Source: Azolla caroliniana (lineage: Eukaryota > Plantae > Polypodiophyta). Taken from it: a DNA stretch of 64,000 bases. Where the stretch lies: the NCBI GenBank assembly GCA_043228905.1, contig JBHGNT010000134.1:6186-70185 (forward strand). The letters are read 5' to 3'. This document shows positions 12,873 to 27,800 of the stretch, piece by piece. The notes under the pieces were generated by a model. The model made no database searches. It worked only from the letters and a program-made list of their open reading frames with translations, and had not been told where the DNA came from. A program made the position numbers and the translations under genes. Each line of letters starts with the position of its first letter. The first letter of the stretch is position 1.

Positions 12873-15800
12873 TGGAATTAAAAAATCAAGATTTTGAAAC
12901 TCAGGTCGAGAGACATGACGAAATTACCACATTTGAGGAGTGAGGTTGGAAGAGCTAGTAGGTAAATTAAAATGTTCATACCTGGCTCGTGTGGTATCGG
13001 ATGTTTGTGCTCAAACATGCGAATCGAAGCTAACAACGCTAGCTATGATATGGAATTAAAAAATCAAGATTTTAAAACTCAGGTCGAGAGACATGACGAA
13101 ATTACCACATTTGAGGAGGGAGTTCAGAGGAGCTCTTGAGTAAATTAAAATGTTCATACCTGGCGAGTGTGATATCGGATTTTTGTGTTCAAACATGTGA
13201 ATCGAAGGTAACAACGCTAGCTATGATATGGAATTAAACATTCAAGATTTTGAAACTCAGGTCGAGAGACATGACGAAATTACCACATTTGAGGAGGGAG
13301 TTCAGAGGAGCTCTTGAGTAAATTAAAATGTTCATACCTGGCGAGTGTGATATCGGATTTTTGTGTTCAAACATGCGAATCGAAGCTAACAACGTTAGCT
13401 ATGATATGGAATTAAACATTCAAGATTTTGAAACTCAAGTCGAGAGACATGACGAAATTACCAAATTTTAGGAGGGAGTTCAGAGGAGCTCTTGAGTAAA
13501 TTAAAATGTTCATACCTAGCGAGTGTGATATCGGATTTTTGTGTTCAAACTTGCGAATCGAAGCTAACAACGCTAGCTATGATATGGAATTAAAAAATCA
13601 AGATTTTAAAACTCAGGTCGAGAGACATGACGAAATTACCAAATTTGAGGAATGAGTTGAGAAGAGCTAGTACGTAAATTAAAATGTTCATACCTGGCGA
13701 GTGTGATATCAGATTTTTGTGTTCAAACATGCGAATCGAAGCTAACAACGCTAGCTATGATATGGAATTAAAAAATCAAGATTTTGAAACTCAGGTCGAG
13801 AGACATGACGAAATTACCAAATTTAAGGTATTAGTTGAGAAGAGCTAGTAGGTAAATTAAAATGTTCATACCTGGCTCGTGTGATATCGGATGTTTGTGT
13901 TCAAATATGCGAATCGAAGCTAACAACGCTTGCTATGATATGGAGTTAAAAAATCAAGATTTTGAATCTCAGGTCGAGAGACATGACGAAATTACCAAAT
14001 TTGAGGACTAAGTTAAGAAGAGCTACTAGGTAAATTAAAATGTTCATACCTGGCTCGTGTGATATCGGATTTTTGTGTTCAAACATGTGAATCGAAGCTA
14101 ACAACGCTAGCTATGATATGGAATTAAAAAATGAAGATTTTGAAACTCAGGTCGAGAGACATGACGAAATTACCAAATTTGAGGAGGGAGTTGAGAGGAG
14201 CCCTTGAGTAAATTAAAATGTTCATACCTGGCGAGTGTGATATCGGATTTTTGTGTTCAAACTTGCGAATCGAAGCTAACAACGCTAGCTATCATCTGGA
14301 ATTAAAAAATCAAGATTTTGAAACTCAGGTCGAGAGACATGACGAAATTACCAAATTTGAGGAGGGAGTTTAGAGGAGCTAGTAGGTAAATTAAAATGTT
14401 CATACCTGGCTCGTGTGATATCGGATTTTTGTTTTCAAACTTGCGAATCGAAGCTAACAACGCAGGCTATGATATGGAATTAAAAAATCAAGATTTTGAA
14501 ACTCAGGTCGAGAGACATGACGAAATTACCACATTTGAGGAGGGAGTTCAAAGGATCCCTTGAGTAAAGGAAAATGTTCATACCTGGCGAGTGTGATATC
14601 GGATTTTTGTGTTCAAACTTGCGAATCGAAGCTAACAACGCTAGCTATGATATGGAATTAAAAAATCAAGATTTTAAAACTCAGGTCGAGAGACATGACG
14701 AAATTACCACATTTGAGGAGGGAGTTCAGAGGAGCTCTTGAGTAAATTAAAATGTTCATACCTGGCGAGTGTGATATCGGATTTTTGTGTTCAAACATGT
14801 GAATCGAAGGTAACAACGCTAGCTATGATATGGAATTAAACATTCAAGATTTTGAAACTCAGGTCGAGAGACATGACGAAATTACCACATTTGAGGAGGG
14901 AGTTCAGAGGAGCTCTTGAGTAAATTAAAATGTTCATACCTGGCGAGTGTGATATCGGATTTTTGTGTTCAAACATGCGAATCGAAGCTAACAACGTTAG
15001 CTATGATATGGAATTAAACATTCAAGATTTTGAAACTCAAGTCGAGAGACATGACGAAATTACCAAATTTTAGGAGGGAGTTCAGAGGAGCTCTTGAGTA
15101 AATTAAAATGTTCATACCTAGCGAGTGTGATATCGGATTTTTGTGTTCAAACTTGCGAATCGAAGCTAACAACGCTAGCTATGATATGGAATTAAAAAAT
15201 CAAGATTTTGAAACTAAGGTCGAGAGACATGACCAAATTACCAAATTTAAGGAATGAGTTGAGAAGAGCTAGTAGGTAAATTAAAATGTTCATACCTGGC
15301 TCGTGTGATATCGGATTTTTGTGTTCAAACATGCGAATCGAAGCTAACAACGCTAGCTATGATATGGAGTTAAAAAATCAAGATTTGGAAACTCAGGTCG
15401 AGAGACATGACGAAATTACCAAATTTGAGGAGGGAGTTGAGAGGAGCCCTTTAGTAAATTAAAATGTTCATACCTGGCGAGTGTGATATCGGATTTTTGT
15501 GTTCCAACTTGCGAATCGAAGCTAACAACGCAGGCTATGATATGGAATTAAACATCCTAGATTTTGAAACTCAGGTCGAGAGACATGACGAAATTACCAC
15601 ATTTGAGGAGGGAGTTCAGAGGAGCTCTTGAGTAAATTAAAATGTTCATACCTGGCGAGTGTGATATCGGATTTTTGTGTTCAAACATGCGAATCGAAGC
15701 TAACAACGCTAGCTATGATATGGAATTAAAAAATCAAGATTTTGAAACTCAGGTCGAGAGACATGACGAAATTACCACATTTGAGGAGGGAGTTGAGAGG

Positions 15801-18800
15801 AGCTCTTGAGTAAATTAAAATGTTCATACCTGGCGAGTGTGATATCGGATTTTTGTTTTCAAACTTGTGAATCGAAGCTAACAACGCAGGCTATGATATG
15901 GAATTAAAAAATCAAGATTTTGAAACTCAGGTCGAGAGACATGACGAAATTACCACATTTGAGGAGGGAGTTCAAAGGAGCCCTTGAGTAAAGGAAAATG
16001 TTCATACCTGGCGAGTGTGATATCGGATTTTTGTGTTCAAACATGCGAATCGAAGCTAACAACGCTAGCTATGATATGGAATTAAACATTCAAGATTTTG
16101 AAACTCAGGTCGAGAGACATGACGAAATTACGACATTTGAGGAGGGAGTTCAGAGGAGGTCTTGAGTAAATTAAAATGTTCATACCTGGCGAGTGTGATA
16201 TCGGATTTTTGTGTTCAAACATGGAATCGAAGCTAACAACGCTAGCTATGATATGGAATTAAAAAATCAAGATTTTGAAACTCAGGTCGAGAGACATGAC
16301 GAAATTACCACATTTGAGGAGGGAGTTCAGAGGAGCTCTTGAGTAAATTAAAATGTTCATACCTGGCGAGTGTGATATCGGATTTTTGTGTTCAAACCTG
16401 CGAATCGAAGCTAACAACGTTAGCTATGATAAGGAATTAAACATTCAAGATTTTGAAACTCAAGTCGAGAGACATGACGAAATTACCAAATTTTAGGAGG
16501 GAGTTCAGAGGAGCTCTTGAGTAAATTAAAATGTTCATACCTAGCGAGTGTGATATCGGATTTTTGTGTTCAAACTTGCGAATCGAAGCTAACAACGCTA
16601 GCTATGATATGGAATTAAAAAATCAAGATTTTGAAACTAAGGTCGAGAGACATGACCAAATTACAAAATTTAAGGAATGAGTTGAGAAGAGCTAGTAGGT
16701 AAATTAAAATGTTCATACCTGGCTCGTGTGATATCGGATTTTTGTGTTCAAACATGCGAATCGAAGCTAACAACACTAGCTATGATATGGAATTAAAAAA
16801 TCAAGATTTTGAAACTCAGGTCGAGAGCCATGACGAAATTACCACATTTGAGGAGGGAGTTGAGAGGAGCACTTGAGTAAATTAAAATGTTCATACCTAG
16901 CGAGTGTGATATTGGATTTTTGTTTTCAAACCTCCGAATCGAAGCTAACAACGCAGGCTATGATATGGAATTAGAAAATCAAGATTTTGAAACTCAGATC
17001 GAGAGCCATGACGAAATTACCACATTTGAGGAGGGAGTTCAAAGGAGCCCTTGAGTAAATTAAAATGTTCATACCTGGCTCGTGTGATATCGGATTTTTG
17101 TGTTCAAACATGCGAATCGAAGCTAACAACGCTAGCTATGATATGGAATTAAAAAATCAAGATTTTGAAACTCAGGTCAAGAGACATGACGAAATTACCA
17201 AATTTCAGGAGGGAGTTGAGAGGAGCACTTGAGTAAATTAAAATGTTCATACCTAGCGAGTGTGATATTGGATTTTTGTTTTCAAACCTCCGAATCGAAG
17301 CTAACAACGCAGGCTATGATATGGAATTAGAAAATCAAGATTTTGAAACTCAGGTCGAGAGACATGACGAAATTACCACATTTGAGGAGGGAGTTCAGAG
17401 GAGCTCTTGAGTAAATTAAAATGTTCATACCTGGCGAGTGTGATATCGGATTTTTGTGTTCAAACTTGCGAATCGAAGCTAATAACGCTAGCTATGATAT
17501 GGAATTAAAAAATCAAGATTTTGAAACTCAGGTCGAGAGACATGACGAAATTACCACATTTGAGGAGGGAGTTGAGAGGAGCTCTTGAGTAAATTAAAAT
17601 GTTCATACCTGGCGAGTGTGATATCGGATTTTTGTTTTCAAACTTGTGAATCGAAGCTAACAACGCAGGCTATGATATGGAATTAAAAAATCAAGATTTT
17701 GAAACTCAGGTCGAGAGACATGACGAAATTACCACATTTGAGGAGGGAGTTCAAAGGAGCCCTTGAGTAAAGGAAAATGTTCATACCTGGCGAGTGTGAT
17801 ATCGGATTTTTGTGTTCAAACATGCGAATCGAAGCTAACAACGCTAGCTATGATATGGAATTAAACATTGAAGATTTTGAAACTCAGGTCGAGAGACATG
17901 ACGAAATTACCACATTTGAGGAGGGAGTTCAGAGGAGGTCTTGAGTAAATTAAAATGTTCATACCTGGCGAGTGTGATATCGGATTTTTGTGTTCAAACA
18001 TGGAATCGAAGCTAACAACGCTAGCTATGATATGGAATGAAAAAATCAAGATTTTGAAACTCAGGTCGAGAGACATGACGAAATTACCACATTTGAGGAG
18101 GGAGTTCAGAGGAGCTCTTGAGTAAATTAAAATGTTCATACCTGGCGAGTGTGATATCGGATTTTTGTATTCAAACCTGCGAATCGAAGCTAACAACGTT
18201 AGCTATGATAAGGAATTAAACATTCAAGATTTTGAAACTCAAGTCGAGAGACATGACGAAATTACCAAATTTTAGGAGGGAGTTCAGAGGAGCTCTTGAG
18301 TAAATTAAAATGTTCATACCTAGCGAGTGTGATATCGGATTTTTGTGTTCAAACTTGCGAATCGAAGCTAACAACGCTAGCTATGATATGGAATTAAAAA
18401 ATCAAGATTTTGAAACTAAGGTCGAGAGACATGACCAAATTACAAAATTTAAGGAATGAGTTGAGAAGAGCTAGTAGGTAAATTAAAATGTTCATACCTA
18501 GCTCGTGTGATATCGGATTTTTGTGTTCAAACATGCGAATCGAAGCTAACAACGCTAGCTATGATATGGAGTTAAAAAATCAAGATTTGGAAACTCAGGT
18601 CGAGAGACATGACGAAATTACCAAATTTGAGGAGGGAGTTGAGAGGAGCCCTTTAGTAAATTAAAATGTTCATACCTGGCGAGTGTGATATCGGATTTTT
18701 GTGTTCCAACTTGCGAATCGAAGCTAACAACGCAGGCTATGATATGGAATTAAACATCCTAGATTTTGAAACTCAGGTCGAGAGACATGACGAAATTACC

Positions 18801-21800
18801 ACATTTGAGGAGGGAGTTCAGAGGAGCTCTTGAGTAAATTAAAATGTTCATACCTGGCGAGTGTGATATCGGATTTTTGTGTTCAAACATGCGAATCGAA
18901 GCTAACAACGCTAGCTATGATATGGAAATAAAAATCAAGATTTTGAAACTCAGGTCGAGAGACATGACGAAATTACCACATTTGAGGAGGGAGTTGAGAG
19001 GAGCTCTTGAGTAAATTAAAATGTTCATACCTGGCGAGTGTGATATCGGATTTTTGTTTTCAAACTTGTGAATCGAAGCTAACAACGCAGGCTATGATAT
19101 GGAATTAAAAAATCAAGATTTTGAAACTCAGGTCGAGAGACATGACGAAATTACCACATTTGAGGAGGGAGTTCAAAGGAGCCCTTGAGTAAAGGAAAAT
19201 GTTCATACCTGGCGAGTGTGATATCGGATTTTTGTGTTCAAACTTGCGAATCGAAGCTAACAACGCTAGCTATGATATGGAATTAAAAAATCAAGATTTT
19301 GAAACTCAGGTCGAGAGACATGACGAAATTACCACATTTGAGGAGGGAGTTCAGAGGAGCTCTTGAGTAAATTAAAATGTTCATACCTGGCGAGTGTGAT
19401 ATCGGATTTTTGTGTTCAAACCTGCGAATCGAAGCTAACAACGTTAGCTATGATAAGAAATTAAACATTCAAGATTTTGAAACTCAAGTCGAGAGACATG
19501 ACGAAATTACCAAATTATAGGAGGGAGTTCAGAGGAGCTCTTGAGTAAACTAAAATGTTCATACCTAGCGAGTGTGATATCGGATTTTTGTGTTCAAACT
19601 TGCGAATCGAAGCTAACAACGCTAGCTATGATATGGAATTAAAAAATCAAGATTTTGAAACTAAGGTCGAGAGACATGACCAAATTACCAAATTTAAGGA
19701 ATGAGTTGAGAAGAGCTAGTAGGTAAATTAAAATGTTCATACCTGGCTCGTGTGATATCGGATTTTTGTGTTCAAACATGCGAATCGAAGCTAACAACGC
19801 TAGCTATGATATGGAGTTAAAAAATCAAGATTTGGAAACTCAGGTCGAGAGACATGACGAAATTACCAAATTTGAGGAGGGAGTTGAGAGGAGCCCTTTA
19901 GTAAATTAAAATGTTCATACCTGGCGAGTGTGATATCGGATTTTTGTGTTCCAACTTGCGAATCGAAGCTAACAACGCAGGCTATGATATGGAATTAAAC
20001 ATCCTAGATTTTGAAACTCAGGTCGAGAGACATGACGAAATTACCACATTTGAGGAGGGAGTTCAGAGGAGCTCTTGAGTAAATTAAAATGTTCATACCT
20101 GGCTCGTGTGATATCGGATTTTTGTGTTCAAACTTGCGAATCGAAGCTAACAACGCTAGCTATGATATGGAATTAAAAAATCAAGATTTTGAAACTAAGG
20201 TCGAGAGACATGACCAAATTACCAAATTTAAGGAATGAGTTGAGAAGAGCTAGTAGGTAAATTAAAATGTTCATACCTGGCTCGTGTGATATCGGATTTT
20301 TGTGTTCAAACATGCGAATCGAAGCTAACAACGCTAGCTATGATATGGAGTTAAAAAATCAAGATTTGGAAACTCAGGTCGAGAGACATGACGAAATTAC
20401 CAAATTTGAGGAGGGAGTTGAGAGGAGCCCTTTAGTAAATTAAAATGTTCATACCTGGCGAGTGTGATATCGGATTTTTGTGTTCAAACATGCGAATCGA
20501 AGCTAACAACGCTAGCTATGATATGGAATTAAAAAATCAAGATTTTGAAACTCAGGTCGAGAGACATGACGAAATTACCACATTTGAGGAGGGAGTTGAG
20601 AGGAGCTCTTGAGTAAATTAAAATGTTCATACCTGGCGAGTGTGATATCGGATTTTTGTGTTCAAACTTGCGAATCGAAGCTAACAACGCTAGCTATGAT
20701 ATGGAATTAAAAAATCAAGATTTTGAAACTAAGGTCGAGAGACATGGCGAAATTACCAAATTTAAGGAATGAGTTGAGAAGAGCTAGTAGGTAAATTAAA
20801 ATGTTCATACCTGGCTCGTGTGATATCGGATTTTTGTGTTCAAACATGCGAATCGAAGCTAACAACGCTAGCTATGATATGGAGTTAAAAAATCAAGATT
20901 TGGAAACTCAGGTCGAGAGACATGACGAAATTACCAAATTTGAGGAGGGAGTTGAGAGGAGCCCTTTAGTAAATTAAAATGTTCATACCTGGCGAGTGTG
21001 ATATCGGATTTTTGTGTTCAAACATGCGAATCGAAGCTAACAACACTAGCTATGATATGGAATTAAAAAATCAAGATTTTGAAACTCAGGTCGAGAGCCA
21101 TGACGAAATTACCACATTTGAGGAGGGAGTTGAGAGGAGCACTTGAGTAAATTAAAATGTTCATACCTAGCGAGTGTGATATTGGATTTTTGTTTTCAAA
21201 CCTCCGAATCGAAGCTAACAACGCAGGCTATGATATGGAATTAGAAAATCAAGATTTTGAAACTCAGATCGAGAGCCATGACGAAATTACCACATTTGAG
21301 GAGGGAGTTCAAAGGAGCCCTTGAGTAAATTAAAATGTTCATACCTGGCTCGTGTGATATCGGATTTTTGTGTTCAAACATGCGAATCGAAGCTAACAAC
21401 GCTAGCTATGATATGGAATTAAAAAATCAAGATTTTGAAACTCAGGTCAAGAGACATGACGAAATTACCAAATTTCAGGAGGGAGTTGAGAGGAGCACTT
21501 GAGTAAATTAAAATGTTCATACCTAGCGAGTGTGATATTGGATTTTTGTTTTCAAACCTCCGAATCGAAGCTAACAACGCAGGCTATGATATGGAATTAG
21601 AAAATCAAGATTTTGAAACTCAGGTCGAGAGACATGACGAAATTACCACATTTGAGGAGGGAGTTCAGAGGAGCTCTTGAGTAAATTAAAATGTTCATAC
21701 CTGGCGAGTGTGATATCGGATTTTTGTGTTCAAACTTGCGAATCGAAGCTAATAACGCTAGCTATGATATGGAATTAAAAAATCAAGATTTTGAAACTCA

Positions 21801-24800
21801 GGTCGAGAGACATGACGAAATTACCACATTTGAGGAGGGAGTTGAGAGGAGCTCTTGAGTAAATTAAAATGTTCATACCTGGCGAGTGTGATATCGGATT
21901 TTTGTTTTCAAACTTGTGAATCGAAGCTAACAACGCAGGCTATGATATGGAATTAAAAAATCAAGATTTTGAAACTCAGGTCGAGAGACATGACGAAATT
22001 ACCACATTTGAGGAGGGAGTTCAAAGGAGCCCTTGAGTAAAGGAAAATGTTCATACCTGGCGAGTGTGATATCGGATTTTTGTGTTCAAACATGCGAATC
22101 GAAGCTAACAACGCTAGCTATGATATGGAATTAAACATTGAAGATTTTGAAACTCAGGTCGAGAGACATGACGAAATTACCACATTTGAGGAGGGAGTTC
22201 AGAGGAGGTCTTGAGTAAATTAAAATGTTCATACCTGGCGAGTGTGATATCGGATTTTTGTGTTCAAACATGGAATCGAAGCTAACAACGCTAGCTATGA
22301 TATGGAATGAAAAAATCAAGATTTTGAAACTCAGGTCGAGAGACATGACGAAATTACCACATTTGAGGAGGGAGTTCAGAGGAGCTCTTGAGTAAATTAA
22401 AATGTTCATACCTGGCGAGTGTGATATCGGATTTTTGTATTCAAACCTGCGAATCGAAGCTAACAACGTTAGCTATGATAAGGAATTAAACATTCAAGAT
22501 TTTGAAACTCAAGTCGAGAGACATGACGAAATTACCAAATTTTAGGAGGGAGTTCAGAGGAGCTCTTGAGTAAATTAAAATGTTCATACCTAGCGAGTGT
22601 GATATCGGATTTTTGTGTTCAAACTTGCGAATCGAAGCTAACAACGCTAGCTATGATATGGAATTAAAAAATCAAGATTTTGAAACTAAGGTCGAGAGAC
22701 ATGACCAAATTACAAAATTTAAGGAATGAGTTGAGAAGAGCTAGTAGGTAAATTAAAATGTTCATACCTAGCTCGTGTGATATCGGATTTTTGTGTTCAA
22801 ACATGCGAATCGAAGCTAACAACGCTAGCTATCATATGGAGTTAAAAAATCAAGATTTGGAAACTCAGGTCGAGAGACATGACGAAATTACCAAATTTGA
22901 GGAGGGAGTTGAGAGGAGCCCTTTAGTAAATTAAAATGTTCATACCTGGCGAGTGTGATATCGGATTTTTGTGTTCCAACTTGCGAATCGAAGCTAACAA
23001 CGCAGGCTATGATATGGAATTAAACATCCTAGATTTTGAAACTCAGGTCGAGAGACATGACGAAATTACCACATTTGAGGAGGGAGTTCAGAGGAGCTCT
23101 TGAGTAAATTAAAATGTTCATACCTGGCGAGTGTGATATCGGATTTTTGTGTTCAAACATGCGAATCGAAGCTAACAACGCTAGCTATGATATGGAAATA
23201 AAAATCAAGATTTTGAAACTCAGGTCGAGAGACATGACGAAATTACCACATTTGAGGAGGGAGTTGAGAGGAGCTCTTGAGTAAATTAAAATGTTCATAC
23301 CTGGCGAGTGTGATATCGGATTTTTGTTTTCAAACTTGTGAATCGAAGCTAACAACGCAGGCTATGATATGGAATTAAAAAATCAAGATTTTGAAACTCA
23401 GGTCGAGAGACATGACGAAATTACCACATTTGAGGAGGGAGTTCAAAGGAGCCCTTGAGTAAAGGAAAATGTTCATACCTGGCGAGTGTGATATCGGATT
23501 TTTGTGTTCAAACTTGCGAATCGAAGCTAACAACGCTAGCTATGATATGGAATTAAAAAATCAAGATTTTGAAACTCAGGTCGAGAGACATGACGAAATT
23601 ACCACATTTGAGGAGGGAGTTCAGAGGAGCTCTTGAGTAAATTAAAATGTTCATACCTGGCGAGTGTGATATCGGATTTTTGTGTTCAAACCTGCGAATC
23701 GAAGCTAACAACGTTAGCTATGATAAGAAATTAAACATTCAAGATTTTGAAACTCAAGTCGAGAGACATGACGAAATTACCAAATTATAGGAGGGAGTTC
23801 AGAGGAGCTCTTGAGTAAACTAAAATGTTCATACCTAGCGAGTGTGATATCGGATTTTTGTGTTCAAACTTGCGAATCGAAGCTAACAACGCTAGCTATG
23901 ATATGGAATTAAAAAATCAAGATTTTGAAACTAAGGTCGAGAGACATGACCAAATTACCAAATTTAAGGAATGAGTTGAGAAGAGCTAGTAGGTAAATTA
24001 AAATGTTCATACCTGGCTCGTGTGATATCGGATTTTTGTGTTCAAACATGCGAATCGAAGCTAACAACGCTAGCTATGATATGGAGTTAAAAAATCAAGA
24101 TTTGGAAACTCAGGTCGAGAGACATGACGAAATTACCAAATTTGAGGAGGGAGTTGAGAGGAGCCCTTTAGTAAATTAAAATGTTCATACCTGGCGAGTG
24201 TGATATCGGATTTTTGTGTTCCAACTTGCGAATCGAAGCTAACAACGCAGGCTATGATATGGAATTAAACATCCTAGATTTTGAAACTCAGGTCGAGAGA
24301 CATGACGAAATTACCACATTTGAGGAGGGAGTTCAGAGGAGCTCTTGAGTAAATTAAAATGTTCATACCTGGCTCGTGTGATATCGGATTTTTGTGTTCA
24401 AACTTGCGAATCGAAGCTAACAACGCTAGCTATGATATGGAATTAAAAAATCAAGATTTTGAAACTAAGGTCGAGAGACATGACCAAATTACCAAATTTA
24501 AGGAATGAGTTGAGAAGAGCTAGTAGGTAAATTAAAATGTTCATACCTGGCTCGTGTGATATCGGATTTTTGTGTTCAAACATGCGAATCGAAGCTAACA
24601 ACGCTAGCTATGATATGGAGTTAAAAAATCAAGATTTGGAAACTCAGGTCGAGAGACATGACGAAATTACCAAATTTGAGGAGGGAGTTGAGAGGAGCCC
24701 TTTAGTAAATTAAAATGTTCATACCTGGCGAGTGTGATATCGGATTTTTGTGTTCAAACATGCGAATCGAAGCTAACAACGCTAGCTATGATATGGAATT

Positions 24801-27800
24801 AAAAAATCAAGATTTTGAAACTCAGGTCGAGAGACATGACGAAATTACCACATTTGAGGAGGGAGTTGAGAGGAGCTCTTGAGTAAATTAAAATGTTCAT
24901 ACCTGGCGAGTGTGATATCGGATTTTTGTGTTCAAACTTGCGAATCGAAGCTAACAACGCTAGCTATGATATGGAATTAAAAAATCAAGATTTTGAAACT
25001 AAGGTCGAGAGACATGGCGAAATTACCAAATTTAAGGAATGAGTTGAGAAGAGCTAGTAGGTAAATTAAAATGTTCATACCTGGCTCGTGTGATATCGGA
25101 TTTTTGTGTTCAAACATGCGAATCGAAGCTAACAACGCTAGCTATGATATGGAGTTAAAAAATCAAGATTTGGAAACTCAGGTCGAGAGACATGACGAAA
25201 TTACCAAATTTGAGGAGGGAGTTGAGAGGAGCCCTTTAGTAAATTAAAATGTTCATACCTGGCGAGTGTGATATCGGATTTTTGTGTTCAAACATGTGAA
25301 TCGAAGCTAACAACGCTAGCTATGATATGGAATTAAAAAATCAAGATTTTGAAACTCAGGTCGAGAGACATGACGAAATTACCACATTTGAGGAGTGAGG
25401 TTGGAAGAGCTAGTAGGTAAATTAAAATGTTCATACCTGGCTCGTGTGGTATCGGATGTTTGTGCTCAAACATGCGAATCGAAGCTAACAACGCTAGCTA
25501 TGATATGGAATTAAAAAATCAAGATTTTAAAACTCAGGTCGAGAGACATGACGAAATTACCACATTTGAGGAGGGAGTTCAGAGGAGCTCTTGAGTAAAT
25601 TAAAATGTTCATACCTGGCGAGTGTGATATCGGATTTTTGTGTTCAAACATGTGAATCGAAGGTAACAACGCTAGCTATGATATGGAATTAAACATTCAA
25701 GATTTTGAAACTCAGGTCGAGAGACATGACGAAATTACCACATTTGAGGAGGGAGTTCAGAGGAGCTCTTGAGTAAATTAAAATGTTCATACCTGGCGAG
25801 TGTGATATCGGATTTTTGTGTTCAAACATGCGAATCGAAGCTAACAACGTTAGCTATGATATGGAATTAAACATTCAAGATTTTGAAACTCAAGTCGAGA
25901 GACATGACGAAATTACCAAATTTTAGGAGGGAGTTCAGAGGAGCTCTTGAGTAAATTAAAATGTTCATACCTAGCGAGTGTGATATCGGATTTTTGTGTT
26001 CAAACTTGCGAATCGAAGCTAACAACGCTAGCTATGATATGGAATTAAAAAATCAAGATTTTAAAACTCAGGTCGAGAGACATGACGAAATTACCAAATT
26101 TGAGGAATGAGTTGAGAAGAGCTAGTACGTAAATTAAAATGTTCATACCTGGCGAGTGTGATATCAGATTTTTGTGTTCAAACATGCGAATCGAAGCTAA
26201 CAACGCTAGCTATGATATGGAATTAAAAAATCAAGATTTTGAAACTCAGGTCGAGAGACATGACGAAATTACCAAATTTAAGGTATTAGTTGAGAAGAGC
26301 TAGTAGGTAAATTAAAATGTTCATACCTGGCTCGTGTGATATCGGATGTTTGTGTTCAAATATGCGAATCGAAGCTAACAACGCTTGCTATGATATGGAG
26401 TTAAAAAATCAAGATTTTGAATCTCAGGTCGAGAGACATGACGAAATTACCAAATTTGAGGACTAAGTTAAGAAGAGCTAGTAGGTAAATTAAAATGTTC
26501 ATACCTGGCTCGTGTGATATCGGATTTTTGTGTTCAAACATGTGAATCGAAGCTAACAACGCTAGCTATGATATGGAATTAAAAAATGAAGATTTTGAAA
26601 CTCAGGTCGAGAGACATGACGAAATTACCAAATTTGAGGAGGGAGTTGAGAGGAGCCCTTGAGTAAATTAAAATGTTCATACCTGGCGAGTGTGATATCG
26701 GATTTTTGTGTTCAAACTTGCGAATCGAAGCTAACAACGCTAGCTATCATCTGGAATTAAAAAATCAAGATTTTGAAACTCAGGTCGAGAGACATGACGA
26801 AATTACCAAATTTGAGGAGGGAGTTTAGAGGAGCTAGTAGGTAAATTAAAATGTTCATACCTGGCTCGTGTGATATCGGATTTTTGTTTTCAAACTTGCG
26901 AATCGAAGCTAACAACGCAGGCTATGATATGGAATTAAAAAATCAAGATTTTGAAACTCAGGTCGAGAGACATGACGAAATTACCACATTTGAGGAGGGA
27001 GTTCAAAGGATCCCTTGAGTAAAGGAAAATGTTCATACCTGGCGAGTGTGATATCGGATTTTTGTGTTCAAACTTGCGAATCGAAGCTAACAACGCTAGC
27101 TATGATATGGAATTAAAAAATCAAGATTTTAAAACTCAGGTCGAGAGACATGACGAAATTACCACATTTGAGGAGGGAGTTCAGAGGAGCTCTTGAGTAA
27201 ATTAAAATGTTCATACCTGGCGAGTGTGATATCGGATTTTTGTGTTCAAACATGTGAATCGAAGGTAACAACGCTAGCTATGATATGGAATTAAACATTC
27301 AAGATTTTGAAACTCAGGTCGAGAGACATGACGAAATTACCACATTTGAGGAGGGAGTTCAGAGGAGCTCTTGAGTAAATTAAAATGTTCATACCTGGCG
27401 AGTGTGATATCGGATTTTTGTGTTCAAACATGCGAATCGAAGCTAACAACGTTAGCTATGATATGGAATTAAACATTCAAGATTTTGAAACTCAAGTCGA
27501 GAGACATGACGAAATTACCAAATTTTAGGAGGGAGTTCAGAGGAGCTCTTGAGTAAATTAAAATGTTCATACCTAGCGAGTGTGATATCGGATTTTTGTG
27601 TTCAAACTTGCGAATCGAAGCTAACAACGCTAGCTATGATATGGAATTAAAAAATCAAGATTTTGAAACTAAGGTCGAGAGACATGACCAAATTACCAAA
27701 TTTAAGGAATGAGTTGAGAAGAGCTAGTAGGTAAATTAAAATGTTCATACCTGGCTCGTGTGATATCGGATTTTTGTGTTCAAACATGCGAATCGAAGCT